This document shows positions 1-10,385 of a stretch of DNA of 64,000 nucleotides, piece after piece; positions within the stretch are counted from its first letter, which is position 1; each line of letters opens with the position of its first letter. The translations under genes were made by a program, and so were the position numbers. The notes under the pieces are model-generated. The model worked only from the letters and a program-made list of their open reading frames with translations, was not told where the DNA came from and did not search any database. The stretch covers positions 4,598-68,597 of the forward strand of contig JABSQP010000009.1 in the NCBI GenBank assembly GCA_013215815.1. The letters are read 5' to 3'. The stretch comes from Alphaproteobacteria bacterium. GTDB lineage: Bacteria; Pseudomonadota; Alphaproteobacteria; Micavibrionales; Micavibrionaceae.

Positions 1-218
1 CCTATTCACGATGTTCAAGAACCAAACAATCCGGACAACGTAAACGGCTATCCGAACCGTAACCAAGTTTATAAAAACCTGAAAAAATAAATACTTAAAG
101 AATGAGACGAACATAGTCGCGTAATAAACATTCGTCAAGCAAAATGTCGGAGCTTTTAAAAACTAAGTATTTAGCGGCTCCGGCAGTAAGTAGTGCGGGT
201 CAGCCCCGCGCTGTGAGA
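1..218 (-). other. Probable rRNA-operon leader with boxA-like antitermination element; 16S gene would lie beyond the window edge
   Basis: No ORF. Minus strand reads GTTCTTGAACATCGTGAA (22-5), similar to boxA GCTCTTTAACA and to alphaproteobacterial rrn leaders. Confidence 0.55.
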
Positions 219-223
219 GGGGT

Positions 224-292
224 TATATACTGAATGGATTATCGAAGTAAACCCCTTTTTTTCACTTTTTTTTAATTTTTTTATCTTTTTTT
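224..292 (-). promoter_or_regulatory. Probable rRNA-operon promoter
   Basis: Minus strand: -35 TTTACT (251-246), 16-nt spacer, -10 TATATA (229-224), upstream A-tracts (256-292) resembling an UP element. A 16-nt spacer plus UP element is typical of rrn promoters. Confidence 0.6.
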
Positions 293-381
293 CATGAATG
301 GCTGAAAACCAAGGGTTACGCTCTTTAAAATCTCTAGAAAAACATCACAAAAACAATACTCAAAAGATAAATTTGCGAGAG

Positions 382-819
382 TTATAGCAATCCAGCCTCT
401 TTGAGCTCTTCCTCCATCTCTGGTGGAGGGGCATCATGCGCCTGCCCAAGGACATACACCCCCTTCTCTTTCGGCGCCTTGGCCTGATCAAAATAGCGCC
501 AACCCTGAAAAGGTCTATGCGGTGTACTGACCGTCTCAATAACATCCGTATCTGTGAGAATAAGACTTTGTGTGCCCTTATCACTGCTCTCATAGATGTC
601 AAAACCGATAATTCTCTGACGGCAGACAATACGGTTTTTAATAACCCTATATATAGAGCCTTCAGATTTTAATATCTCTTCTGCTTTTTTCGGCAAAAAA
701 CGCGTACGGACAATATTTGCTTCCTGGCCCTCAAACATAACACGCTCATGCGCTTGCCATGCTGCAAAGTCTTCTAAGGTATCAATTCCCACTACTAATT
801 TAATCATATGTATTGCCAT
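382..819 (-). CDS. DUF1489 family protein
   Basis: HMIKLVVG start, TRFLPK...GSIYRVIK and RPFQGWRY motifs typical of DUF1489. Confidence 0.85.
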   Translation of the reverse strand: MAIHMIKLVVGIDTLEDFAAWQAHERVMFEGQEANIVRTRFLPKKAEEILKSEGSIYRVIKNRIVCRQRIIGFDIYESSDKGTQSLILTDTDVIETVSTPHRPFQGWRYFDQAKAPKEKGVYVLGQAHDAPPPEMEEELKEAGLL

Positions 820-956
820 ACCTTACAAAGTAGCCCGAAAAACCTCTAAATCAATAGATTTATCCCAAATACTTGCCCAACAGGGATTCACAAGACGTAC
901 ATACGTCTGTATATTGGTAAGCGATTGATTTTCTTTGATTCGTCTCTCGAATTACC

Positions 957-3410
957 ATGGATAGCAAAATATTAAAAAATAACTGCTCCGCCTTACTTCT
1001 AGGCGCTTTTGCAACACTTATAAGCTTCTCCTCGTCAGCGAAGGCTGAAAACGGGTTCAGTATTCCTGTATCCCCATGGATGGAAGAAAAGAGAAATCCT
1101 GAAATTGCGCCCTATCCTGTTCAACGCCTATCGATAGAAGATATTAATCACTTCAACATCAATGAGCATACGAAACAACCGCAGAACCAATCCGCACTAG
1201 AAAAAATTTATTCAAGCCGCATTGTCGATGAACTAGAGCAGTATGGTTACGATTTATTTGATACTGCCTTATCTCTACAAGACAAAAGAAATGCGATGCC
1301 TGCAGGCATGGTGCAAGACAATTATGTATTAAGCCATGGGGACTCACTCGATATTACTGTGCGCGGGCAATTAAATACACGCTCGACCTATATAATTGAT
1401 AGCCAAGGCCTACTAATCGTTGACAACTTCTCTCCCGTGACTGCTGCAGGCAAGACAATAGGGGAATTAAAGCAAGAGCTTCAAAGAGAAGCTGCCAGCA
1501 TGTACAACACTCAAGCATTCGTTTCTTTATCTGGCATAAGGCAAATTAAAATCCTTGTGACCGGTCATGTTAAAAACCCGGGACAAAAAAACGTCACAGC
1601 ATTTCATACAGCACTTGATGCTTTATCACTTGCCGGCGGCGTCGATGAAACAGGATCATTAAGACAAATTAAACTTGTTCGTGGTGACAAAACATATGTG
1701 ATAGACCTTTATCAACTTCTTATGGCCAGCATGTCAGGGGCTGATAAACTATTAAAAGATGGGGATCGCCTTATTGTACCACCTATCGGACCAACAATGG
1801 CAGTGAGCGGCAGCGTTAAGCGCCCTGCCATTTATGAAATACGCCGTCATGAGAAAATCAGCCTTCACCAGGCATTACAACTTGCCGGCGGCACGCTCCT
1901 CCCTGGGCAAAACAGATACGTGAAGATGCAATTCACCAAAGATGGCGATGAAACAATTCAAGATGTCGGAGAGGCAAAGCAAAGAATATTTGGTAACGGT
2001 TCTATTTTAATGGTTTCTCAAAGCCAACAAAAACAAGCGAGCGCTATCACTTTATCTGGCCATACACGCCAACCAGGAACACACGATCTTAAAAAGTCAA
2101 AAACACTTTCCGATCTCATCACAAGTGATAAAGTTCTCGGCAAAGATATATATCCTCTTATAGGCATTATTGAACGGCGCGACCCCAATCAACTCACCAA
2201 AACCCTTGTTGAATTCTCACCACGGCATGTCCTCACAAAAGAGGAAGATAAGAAATTAAATGAAGGCGATATAATTCATCTTTTTTCTATGGACGACATA
2301 CGTGATTTAGAAAAACCGCAAAAAGAAACATCACTGCTATATCATCAAGCTTCATTCACACCCGAGAAAAATAAAACAGCGATTGATGATCCTGTTATAC
2401 GCTCCTTCCTAAAAGAACGCGCAGCATTCGTACGCGGCGCTGTACGTCAAGAGGGATCTTACCCTGTCACAAGCCATGCAACACTGGATAGTGTCTTAGC
2501 TATTGCAGGCGGAATTTCTCTTGAAGCTAACAAAAAGAGTATTGAAGTAACATCACGTGAAAATGGCCGTCATACTTACGACATCGAAACAACAAATCCG
2601 AAGAATGTTCACATCACATCGGGTGATACAGTTCGCGTAAATCAAAAGTTTCATAAAATCACAGATCAGAGCGTGACCATTATCGGTGAAGTTAATCATC
2701 CTGGACGTTACGATCTCATGCCAGGCGATACTATTCTAAAGCTACTAGAGCGTGCAGGCGGCGTAACAAACCAATCTTATCCTGATGGCGCTATCTTTAG
2801 CCGCGCGGGAGAACGCAAGCGCGAGAAAAACCGTTATAAAGCGCAAGCGCAAGATTTAGAAATGAAGCTAGCCGCCAGCATGAGCCAAGCCGATAAAGAT
2901 AAAAAGCCTGATATGACACAGGTAAGCGCGATGCAGAGCCTTATCGCGCAATTAAAGGGAGCGGAAGCAGTTGGACGCATAACAGTTGAAGCCGATCCCT
3001 CTTCTTTAAAAGCTGATCCAGCGCAAGATATCTTGCTCGAAGCAGGTGATAAGATCTTTATCCCTAAACGCCCCCTCACAGTGCGCGTTGCTGGCGAAGT
3101 TCTCTCCCCAGCATCCCTACAATTTAAAAGCGGGAAAGACCCGCTCGACTATATTAATGAGGCTGGCGGCACAACTTATTACGCCGATAAAGGCCGCGCC
3201 TTTGTTGTATACCCAGATGGTAGCGCTTCGCCGCTCGGTATTAGCGCATGGAATCACAGATCAACAATGATTCCGCCGGGCTCCACGATCATTGTACCGC
3301 GTGATCCAAAGCCATTCGACTTCCTTGAAAGCGCAGAACGCGTCAGTCAGATTCTAGCCAATCTTGCGATCTCTGGCCTTTATATCGAAGCTATTGGCGA
3401 CGATGATTAA
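957..3410 (+). CDS. Polysaccharide export (OPX) protein with multiple SLBB domains, KpsD/WbfF-like
   Basis: Signal peptide ending AKA; QYGYDLF; Poly_export motif YVLSHGD; repeated V.G.V..PG and ALSLAGG SLBB motifs; C-terminal PGSTIIVP. Confidence 0.9.
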   Translation: MDSKILKNNCSALLLGAFATLISFSSSAKAENGFSIPVSPWMEEKRNPEIAPYPVQRLSIEDINHFNINEHTKQPQNQSALEKIYSSRIVDELEQYGYDLFDTALSLQDKRNAMPAGMVQDNYVLSHGDSLDITVRGQLNTRSTYIIDSQGLLIVDNFSPVTAAGKTIGELKQELQREAASMYNTQAFVSLSGIRQIKILVTGHVKNPGQKNVTAFHTALDALSLAGGVDETGSLRQIKLVRGDKTYVIDLYQLLMASMSGADKLLKDGDRLIVPPIGPTMAVSGSVKRPAIYEIRRHEKISLHQALQLAGGTLLPGQNRYVKMQFTKDGDETIQDVGEAKQRIFGNGSILMVSQSQQKQASAITLSGHTRQPGTHDLKKSKTLSDLITSDKVLGKDIYPLIGIIERRDPNQLTKTLVEFSPRHVLTKEEDKKLNEGDIIHLFSMDDIRDLEKPQKETSLLYHQASFTPEKNKTAIDDPVIRSFLKERAAFVRGAVRQEGSYPVTSHATLDSVLAIAGGISLEANKKSIEVTSRENGRHTYDIETTNPKNVHITSGDTVRVNQKFHKITDQSVTIIGEVNHPGRYDLMPGDTILKLLERAGGVTNQSYPDGAIFSRAGERKREKNRYKAQAQDLEMKLAASMSQADKDKKPDMTQVSAMQSLIAQLKGAEAVGRITVEADPSSLKADPAQDILLEAGDKIFIPKRPLTVRVAGEVLSPASLQFKSGKDPLDYINEAGGTTYYADKGRAFVVYPDGSASPLGISAWNHRSTMIPPGSTIIVPRDPKPFDFLESAERVSQILANLAISGLYIEAIGDDD

Positions 3411-3429
3411 GCGGCATATAATATAAACT

Positions 3430-4194
3430 ATGCGCGCGCCCTATTTTTCAATTGTAACAGTCACGAAAAACAATCTGGAAGGATTGAAAGAAACCGCTGC
3501 GTCTATTGCTGCACAGGATAATAGTGATTGGGGAAACCATGAATGGATTGTCATCGATGGTAACTCTAATGATGGCAGCGAAGAGTTCTTAAAAACAACA
3601 AAGGCACACTGGATTAGCGCACCAGATGATGGGCTTTACGATGCGATGAATAAAGGCATCGAGCGCGCCCACGGTGTTTACATTATATTTATGAATGCTG
3701 GCGATGTCTTTACTGATGAAACGGTTTTAAGCGAGCTACAAAACGATATTGATGAACCCCTTCCTGATCTTATATATGGCGACGCACTTGAACAGGGGCA
3801 GGATGGGCACGATTACTATAAATATGCACGCAGTCATAAACATATTGATAAGGGTATGTTCACGCATCACCAATCTATCTTTTATAAGAGGGAAAAGATT
3901 GAAACGCTTCGCTATGATTTAAGCTATAAGCTCGCAGCTGATTATGATTTTACAGCACGCTTTTTAAAGATGAACCCTTACGCGATCTATTTTGACCGTC
4001 CAATCTGTCTTTTTGAGGCAGGAGGATTGTCGCAACGCAATGCTGGTCAATCAAGGTCAGAGGAATTCCAGATCAGGCAAGAAATGAATGTACCAATGGT
4101 AAAAAACATACTGGTAACAGCACGGCAAATGATCGCTCAATTTATTCGGCAGCTTTCAAATCCGCTTTACTGGAAGATTCGCGAGAATTTTTAA
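3430..4194 (+). CDS. Glycosyltransferase family 2 (WcaE-like)
   Basis: FSIVTVTKN, IVIDGNSNDGS, DDGLYDAMNKG, FMNAGD, AADYDF. Confidence 0.9.
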   Translation: MRAPYFSIVTVTKNNLEGLKETAASIAAQDNSDWGNHEWIVIDGNSNDGSEEFLKTTKAHWISAPDDGLYDAMNKGIERAHGVYIIFMNAGDVFTDETVLSELQNDIDEPLPDLIYGDALEQGQDGHDYYKYARSHKHIDKGMFTHHQSIFYKREKIETLRYDLSYKLAADYDFTARFLKMNPYAIYFDRPICLFEAGGLSQRNAGQSRSEEFQIRQEMNVPMVKNILVTARQMIAQFIRQLSNPLYWKIRENF

Positions 4195-4990
4195 GCGCAT
4201 TAGAGACCATCCTATAATAAGTATAACGTGATTTTGCGAACTCAAAGCCAGCGCGCCCACCAAGAAACCCACGTTTTAAAATATAACTATGTGCAAACGC
4301 TATTAGTGGCCTGAATGGCATAGAACGAAACATCTGCTTCAAAAACTCTCGTACAGCAGACGGATCTCTTGGATAAGCATGACGCTTAATCATCTCTGCC
4401 TCCCAATGCGCATAGCGCTTATGACGCTTATGCCAATTATCATTATCGGCATAATGTAGCAGAGGCTCAACTAACTGCCCTAACACCTCACCTGCAAATT
4501 TTTTTTTAAGAACCGGTTGATAATGCCCTTCCATCTCGCCCATGCCTGCAATATCCAGATCATCAACGACAGGGAATTCAACTTTATAGCGGTTGAATAG
4601 AACCAGTTTATTGTTTTGAAGACCGTGCTTGAGCGCTCTACCATTCCAAATATACCGCCCCTTCACAAAATACCCTGCACATGACGTATCTGTTACACTT
4701 TTTATTTCGTCAACAAGCCTAGATGTAAGCACCTCGTCTGCATCAACAAAGAAAATCATATTGTGCCTTGTCTCGATATGATCAAGAGACCACTGTCGTT
4801 TCTTAGGGTAAGAACCATTCCACGAAAAACTCTCAATACGTGCTCCCAGATCAGAGGCAATCATACAAGTTCTATCATTGCTATTTGAATCAACAACAAT
4901 CACCTCATCAAAATTAGAAAGCGCATTCAAGCAGCGCGCAATATTACCTTCCTCATTGCGCGTAGTAATAATGACACTCACAGGGATCAT
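4142..4990 (-). CDS. Glycosyltransferase family 2
   Basis: VSVIITTRNEE, VVDSNSNDRT, FVDADE, YILKRGFL motifs. Confidence 0.9.
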   Translation of the reverse strand: MIPVSVIITTRNEEGNIARCLNALSNFDEVIVVDSNSNDRTCMIASDLGARIESFSWNGSYPKKRQWSLDHIETRHNMIFFVDADEVLTSRLVDEIKSVTDTSCAGYFVKGRYIWNGRALKHGLQNNKLVLFNRYKVEFPVVDDLDIAGMGEMEGHYQPVLKKKFAGEVLGQLVEPLLHYADNDNWHKRHKRYAHWEAEMIKRHAYPRDPSAVREFLKQMFRSMPFRPLIAFAHSYILKRGFLGGRAGFEFAKSRYTYYRMVSNALKNSRESSSKADLKAAE

Positions 4991-4993
4991 GTT

Positions 4994-5824
4994 TTAATCT
5001 CTTTGGCGAAATGACCAAGTAAGGTAGCCTAGAAACATACCCATCAAAATGGCGATAGGCCAAACTAAAACTGGGTTTGGCCAATGCGGCTTTGGTGTAG
5101 AAAAAGCAGGCTCAACAACAATAGCAGCATAAGGCTCATCAAGATTAGCAAGCATTTGAATATGCTCTTGCTGCATCAACAAATTCGTAATGCCTTTACG
5201 ATGATCCGGATTATTTGTTCTTGCGAGAGAGTTCTTCAAATAGTCAATACGGCTTTGTGATTGGCGACGGCGATCACGACGTATCATCTGATCAGACACC
5301 AGATGGATTTTACGAAGCATTGCCGCAGCAAAATCAGGATCAGGGTGCTGATAACTAATGCGGCGTAACGGTGTTGCCCCTAAAGGATCAATTTGAATAC
5401 GGCGATCAAGATAAGTGGCCAACGCTTCTTTCTTTGATAATGCACCTTCATGTCCACCACGGCGAATACCCGCAATCACACCACTATCACTCAATAGAAT
5501 ATCAGCGACCGATGGTCCACGAATGGTATGAATGAAGCGATAGAAATCTGTTGAAGCGCCCTCCTGATCTTTTGGCCGCCAAAACGGCATTGATGCTATA
5601 CGGTCATTATCAATCAAGGACGCATAATCACCCAAAGCATACCCATCTGCAGGCGCGACAATCATGGTCGCTTTATAGAGCGGTGTTACAGTGAATAAAA
5701 AAACCGCAGTGCATATTGATAAAAGAATAATAAAGACAGCCATATAAAACTTTGACATCCATATGCGGCGTATCAGATCCGCCAACGTCACTTCTTCATA
5801 CTGCCCTGCATTATTATCAATCAT
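4994..5824 (-). CDS. Wzz-type polysaccharide chain-length determinant
   Basis: EVTLADLIRRIW start, N-terminal TM followed by P.YKA, C-terminal proline-rich VVEPAFSTPKPHWP before a second TM. Confidence 0.85.
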   Translation of the reverse strand: MIDNNAGQYEEVTLADLIRRIWMSKFYMAVFIILLSICTAVFLFTVTPLYKATMIVAPADGYALGDYASLIDNDRIASMPFWRPKDQEGASTDFYRFIHTIRGPSVADILLSDSGVIAGIRRGGHEGALSKKEALATYLDRRIQIDPLGATPLRRISYQHPDPDFAAAMLRKIHLVSDQMIRRDRRRQSQSRIDYLKNSLARTNNPDHRKGITNLLMQQEHIQMLANLDEPYAAIVVEPAFSTPKPHWPNPVLVWPIAILMGMFLGYLTWSFRQRD

Positions 5825-5828
5825 AAAT

Positions 5829-7022
5829 TTACTTCACCGCCCTATTCAGTTCATCACTCCATGCGTTCAAACTTGTTGTTATATTATACGTCTGAGATGC
5901 CTTGATAGCGCCTTCTTGAGCGTTAAACCACTCCTGCCCATTATGGCGATAATATAAAATTGCATCCACTAAAGATTGCGCCTTATCATTAGAAACTGTG
6001 ATGCCCGCCTTATATTCTTTCAGCACTTTGGCAATACCGCTCTTCTCAGATCCTACAAATATAGTCGGACGCCCGACAGCAAGGGAAGAGTAAAATTTAC
6101 ACGGCAGTAAAAGCCCTTCTGCACCCTGCTTCATACTCACCAAATGAATATCGCCACTTTCTAATAAGCCCTTCAGCGCGTGAGATGGCTGATACGGCAT
6201 AAACTTTATATTATCGAGCCCTTCTTTTGCTCGCTCTTGAGCCAAATCATCATGTGCGTCAGACGTGCCAACGAAAACAAATTCTATCTCTTTATGATCA
6301 AGCAGCTTTTTTGCCGCGTTAAATATCACACGCATATCATGGGCTAGGCCAACATTACCTGCATATAAAATTCGAAACTTCGGGCTATCATCACGAAATA
6401 CCTTTTCCGGCAACACCGTTTTTGGCTGAATTGCAATCTTACCAGTGCCTTCTGGAATAAAAATATGCGGATCGGCCCAATTGGGAATAATAGAGACCTT
6501 ATCTCTATTAACGCCCGTTTTAACCAAATAGTCGGCCATACAGCGTTCTAAAACCACAACCTTAGACGATCTATTCAAAATACGGCGCATATATTTATAA
6601 ACACTATTATAAACTGGCGGCCTCTTTCCAAATAATGGCAGCAAATCCGGATACACATCATGTGACCAATGGATATGCTTCGCTCCCTTCACCTTAGAAA
6701 CAATATGCCCCATCACAGCGCAAAGCGGCGGATCGCTCATGCTGACAACAACATCAGGTTTTTGAGAAAATAATGCTGCTGTCAGTAACTTTCTAAAAAT
6801 CGATAAATAAGACACTACAGAGCGCGGTTCTTGATTGACCTTGATAGAGTGAACAAAAATATCCTTTTTCAACCCCTTATACTTCTTCGCTCCGGTCGTT
6901 AAAACCTGAACATCCCATCCCTGAGATGCCATATGCCGCGCCAGATTTTCTGCCATACGGCCTGTTGCCCCCCTATGCGGCGGGTAAACACGGTTTATAA
7001 TAAGGAGAGATTTTTTTGTCAT
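5829..7022 (-). CDS. Glycosyltransferase family 4 (WcaI-like)
   Basis: YPP..GATG, SDPP, HDVYPD, IPNWAD, YAGNVGLAH, PCKFY...GRP. Confidence 0.9.
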   Translation of the reverse strand: MTKKSLLIINRVYPPHRGATGRMAENLARHMASQGWDVQVLTTGAKKYKGLKKDIFVHSIKVNQEPRSVVSYLSIFRKLLTAALFSQKPDVVVSMSDPPLCAVMGHIVSKVKGAKHIHWSHDVYPDLLPLFGKRPPVYNSVYKYMRRILNRSSKVVVLERCMADYLVKTGVNRDKVSIIPNWADPHIFIPEGTGKIAIQPKTVLPEKVFRDDSPKFRILYAGNVGLAHDMRVIFNAAKKLLDHKEIEFVFVGTSDAHDDLAQERAKEGLDNIKFMPYQPSHALKGLLESGDIHLVSMKQGAEGLLLPCKFYSSLAVGRPTIFVGSEKSGIAKVLKEYKAGITVSNDKAQSLVDAILYYRHNGQEWFNAQEGAIKASQTYNITTSLNAWSDELNRAVK

Positions 7023-8199
7023 AAATTGAAAACGCTACAATCAAAGTCAGTACTAATCCAAAATCAAATGATTTATAGGAAGCATACAGAAAAACAGGAA
7101 TGACAAAAGCCCAGAAAAGAGCAATGCCCACAAGACTATTTTTCAAAAATATCTGGATAACCTGGCGGCTAAAGTAGGAGCAATACGCAATTGTCACAAC
7201 AAGCCCCAATAAACCTGTTTTTAAAAGCATGTAAGACAAGAAACTATGTGTAAAACTAGCCTGCAAGCCTCCAAGAGCTGGTGATGCGAATTGGCTTCCC
7301 CACCCCAGACCAAACAAGGTGGTCAATGGATTTTGACCAATCTCTTTCCAAACAGCCGTCAACTCATGTGCCCGCGCATTTAAACCAACAAGGCTTGTTT
7401 TATATTCAATAGATAAAAAGATGCTCGCAATTTCTGTTTTAAAAAAAGCGATGAAAAAAACACAAATCGCTATAGGAACTATCGAATGCACTGGCCTATT
7501 TTTAAATTCACGAAAAACAATAAAAACGAACGAAAGAACAACAGCAACCAATGTCGCCCTTTGTATATCCTGCGCCATAGATACAATCATGAGCAATGAC
7601 AGTGAAAAACAAAAAACAGATTGAAGCACCTGTTTTTTGATAACGGATAAGTAAGACAGCCCTAACAAAACTATGGCGTAAAATAAAACCAAAGGGGAAT
7701 TTGCCAAATATAAAAGTTCATCTGTTTCGTTCATAAACGGGATATCAGAAAATAAAACACGCAAACTAAAGCTTAAAGCAATAATAAAACCACCTATAAA
7801 AAGAGCATCAAAACCGTATTTATATTTTCGGATAACTGGAATTAAAAATATTGGTAAACAAAATAATACGAAAGCAACAACATCACGAACCAGAATCGAA
7901 AAGGCAACTCCACCTAACGTTCCAACTAAAACAGGAACACTCAAACCAAAGACCATAAAGATTATAGCTACATGATTTTGTGCCCTGCTCTTATAAAGAA
8001 ACGCCTTATAAAACCCAAAAGAACCAACACTAATCACTAGCAATAAGGCGATAAGAAGCTCAGAAAAACCAGGGTTATCCGGCGTAGGAGAACTTTGAAA
8101 TCCATACAACAGACAGCATAAAAACAAACAAAAAATAGAATAATGGCAATTACCACTAAAAATGTATCTTAGGAAAGATATCGTGGAAGAAAGCATCAT
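6973..8199 (-). CDS. Wzy-type polymerase / O-antigen ligase family membrane protein
   Basis: About 11 hydrophobic segments; R..E...LFGLGWG and FTHS...LLKTGLLG (Wzy_C-like loop); located in a glycosyltransferase/Wzz operon. Confidence 0.75.
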   Translation of the reverse strand: MMLSSTISFLRYIFSGNCHYSIFCLFLCCLLYGFQSSPTPDNPGFSELLIALLLVISVGSFGFYKAFLYKSRAQNHVAIIFMVFGLSVPVLVGTLGGVAFSILVRDVVAFVLFCLPIFLIPVIRKYKYGFDALFIGGFIIALSFSLRVLFSDIPFMNETDELLYLANSPLVLFYAIVLLGLSYLSVIKKQVLQSVFCFSLSLLMIVSMAQDIQRATLVAVVLSFVFIVFREFKNRPVHSIVPIAICVFFIAFFKTEIASIFLSIEYKTSLVGLNARAHELTAVWKEIGQNPLTTLFGLGWGSQFASPALGGLQASFTHSFLSYMLLKTGLLGLVVTIAYCSYFSRQVIQIFLKNSLVGIALFWAFVIPVFLYASYKSFDFGLVLTLIVAFSIYDKKISPYYKPCLPAA

Positions 8200-8222
8200 A
8201 GAATTAAGGCTACAGAAGTAAT

Positions 8223-8249
8223 AAAAAAACCGCTAATTCGTATTAGCGG
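8223..8249 (-). terminator. Rho-independent terminator
   Basis: CCGCTAAT/ATTAGCGG 8-bp stem with a 7-U tract on the minus strand, downstream of ORF 8283-8804. Confidence 0.75.
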
Positions 8250-8282
8250 CTTTCAACAAAGATACACAACTTTTTCAAAATA

Positions 8283-8804
8283 TTAATACGCTGTAAAGAC
8301 ACGCTGAGGCGTTACAAAATTTTGTTTCTTTTTTCTATTATACTTAACTTTAACATTCGTAGGCACATTCGCTGTTGATGAACCACCCGAAGAACCAGAA
8401 TCAGATCTGAACTGAGCCTGATATTTTTGAAAAGCTTGCTGATAATCTTTTTCAAGATAGCTCTGATTCATGTACTCAGTTGTCACATGTTCTTGTGCTT
8501 GAGCATATGCATCACGACGGGCTCTAGATTGCATGACCTGCGTCGGTGTCATGCTCATTGTATAGGCAGCACCACCACTAGGTGTGTAGGGTTGAACGGG
8601 CGTGCTTCCCACATTGGCTACACTTGAGCCTGTCTTGCCTGACAATATTTGATTCAAATTAATCGGCGCAGAGCCGGATGTTGTTGGAGTTTGATTATAA
8701 ATTCTTGGTTTTTCCTGTCCCATTTGCGCACTCGCATCACCTGCAATACCCAAAGACAAGATCAAACAACAAAAAACAAAACAGATTTTCTCTATTATTT
8801 TCAT
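8283..8804 (-). CDS. Hypothetical secreted protein
   Basis: Signal peptide ending ASA; low-complexity S/T/G/Q-rich body; basic C-terminus; followed by a terminator. Confidence 0.7.
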   Translation of the reverse strand: MKIIEKICFVFCCLILSLGIAGDASAQMGQEKPRIYNQTPTTSGSAPINLNQILSGKTGSSVANVGSTPVQPYTPSGGAAYTMSMTPTQVMQSRARRDAYAQAQEHVTTEYMNQSYLEKDYQQAFQKYQAQFRSDSGSSGGSSTANVPTNVKVKYNRKKKQNFVTPQRVFTAY

Positions 8805-8914
8805 AGTTTTAGTATAGCAAACCCTGAGGAATTAAGAAAATTTTTCTCAAAAAATTGTGTGAATTCAAATATTTACATAAATATAGAAAAATTACGTATT
8901 TGAACCACATGTTT

Positions 8915-8929
8915 TTAACAGTTCTTTAA
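8915..8929. promoter_or_regulatory. CtrA-like box TTAA-N7-TTAA
   Basis: TTAAcagttctTTAA in the divergent intergenic region, about 55 nt upstream of ORF 8983. Confidence 0.55.
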
Positions 8930-8982
8930 GTTTTTTAGCGCATGATTACATCAGTTTCGTAAAATAATAAGGAGTGTAAAGC

Positions 8983-9567
8983 ATGCAAATCAATATCGGA
9001 GAACTGGTAGAACGCGCTGGGCTAGAAGAAAGCGTTTATCCAGGTAAAAAGTCTGGTACAGCTTTTACACCGCCAGGTGAATTTAGAAGTCATACGGTAT
9101 GCATGAATTGGAATGACCAAAATACTATACAAATCCAACTGACTGCTGGAACGACTGGTAATACGCCTGAGTTAAGTGATTTACAACGATATCCAGTAAG
9201 CCTACAGGCAAAAACAAGTGTAGAAATTGCAGTTAGCCGTGACGCCGAGGATTCTGAAGCGTCGTTATCTACAAGTGCCTTCGATCAAGCGCGTAGAAAT
9301 GAAATTCCAACAGAAGGGGAAATCACTCAAGTTGTCATTATGGGTAAAGAATTAGATCCTCAGCAATTCGGACCTGCTTTAGACAGTCTTTTATATCAAA
9401 TGGGCGGCGATAAAATTGATCCGATCCAAATGCTTAATGATGCAGGACAAGTCGTGCGGCGCGTGACACCATCTGGAGGCCTTGACGCAAAAGGTGATGA
9501 AACAATTAATTATGAATATGACCCAGAGAGAAACGCAGGTTTGTTTGGGGGGATGGCACCAAGTTAA
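8983..9567 (+). CDS. Hypothetical protein
   Basis: 194-aa ORF with strong SD (AAGGAG) and its own terminator. Confidence 0.8.
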   Translation: MQINIGELVERAGLEESVYPGKKSGTAFTPPGEFRSHTVCMNWNDQNTIQIQLTAGTTGNTPELSDLQRYPVSLQAKTSVEIAVSRDAEDSEASLSTSAFDQARRNEIPTEGEITQVVIMGKELDPQQFGPALDSLLYQMGGDKIDPIQMLNDAGQVVRRVTPSGGLDAKGDETINYEYDPERNAGLFGGMAPS

Positions 9568-9599
9568 ACAATTTCTAAATGTCTATTTATAATATTAAG

Positions 9600-9629
9600 A
9601 TAGCGGTTTTTAATAAGCCGCTATTTTTT
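9600..9629 (+). terminator. Rho-independent terminator
   Basis: ATAGCGGTTT/AAGCCGCTAT stem followed by a T-tract. Confidence 0.75.
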
Positions 9630-9668
9630 ATTTTGTGAAGCGATATCAATCACGGTATAGCTATTACT

Positions 9669-10385
9669 ATGAGCGACGACAAAAATAATGACGAAAACGA
9701 TAATGTGGTGGAATTCAAAAAACCGCTCAAAAAGCACAAACCTGAAGAAAAACATTCAGCAGCTAAAGATCAGAACAATCATCCTCCGCTCATTAATCTC
9801 CCCCCTCTGACACAATACCTACTGATTGCTATAGTAACCATTCATGTAATTCTCACTTTTTTGATATCTGATGAATTGGCAAACAAAATTTATCTGGATT
9901 GGGGCTTCATTCCTGCCCGCTTTAGCGGTGATCTACCATTTGAACCTCTTTTTATTCTAAGCCCTCTTACGCATATGTTACTCCATGCTAGCTGGATACA
10001 TATTGCCATGAACGGGGTAATGTTTATGGCATTTGGCGCTGGTGTTGAACGTTGGCTCGGAGCACAAAAAATGCTCTTTATTCTCATCATATCTGGTTTC
10101 GTTGGCATTGCCGTGCAATACATATTAGACCCTAGCTCCATTTACCCGGTAATAGGCGCATCAGGCGGGTTAAGCGGCCTTTTTGCAGCAGCTCTAATTA
10201 TGATCAATCGCTTGCAAGGGAATGCAAATCCGTATGGAATTTGGCCTTTTATTATTCTCTGGATCGTTATTTCTGTCCTATTCGGTATGGCTGGCAGCCC
10301 CGATGGAAACAGTATTGCCTGGGCAGCCCATGTTGGCGGTTTCTTAGGCGGGTTTGCTGCTTTAAAAATGATAAAAGTTATTTAA
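9669..10385 (+). CDS. Rhomboid family intramembrane serine protease
   Basis: H...H.AMN, catalytic GASG, WAAHVGG. Confidence 0.95.
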   Translation: MSDDKNNDENDNVVEFKKPLKKHKPEEKHSAAKDQNNHPPLINLPPLTQYLLIAIVTIHVILTFLISDELANKIYLDWGFIPARFSGDLPFEPLFILSPLTHMLLHASWIHIAMNGVMFMAFGAGVERWLGAQKMLFILIISGFVGIAVQYILDPSSIYPVIGASGGLSGLFAAALIMINRLQGNANPYGIWPFIILWIVISVLFGMAGSPDGNSIAWAAHVGGFLGGFAALKMIKVI

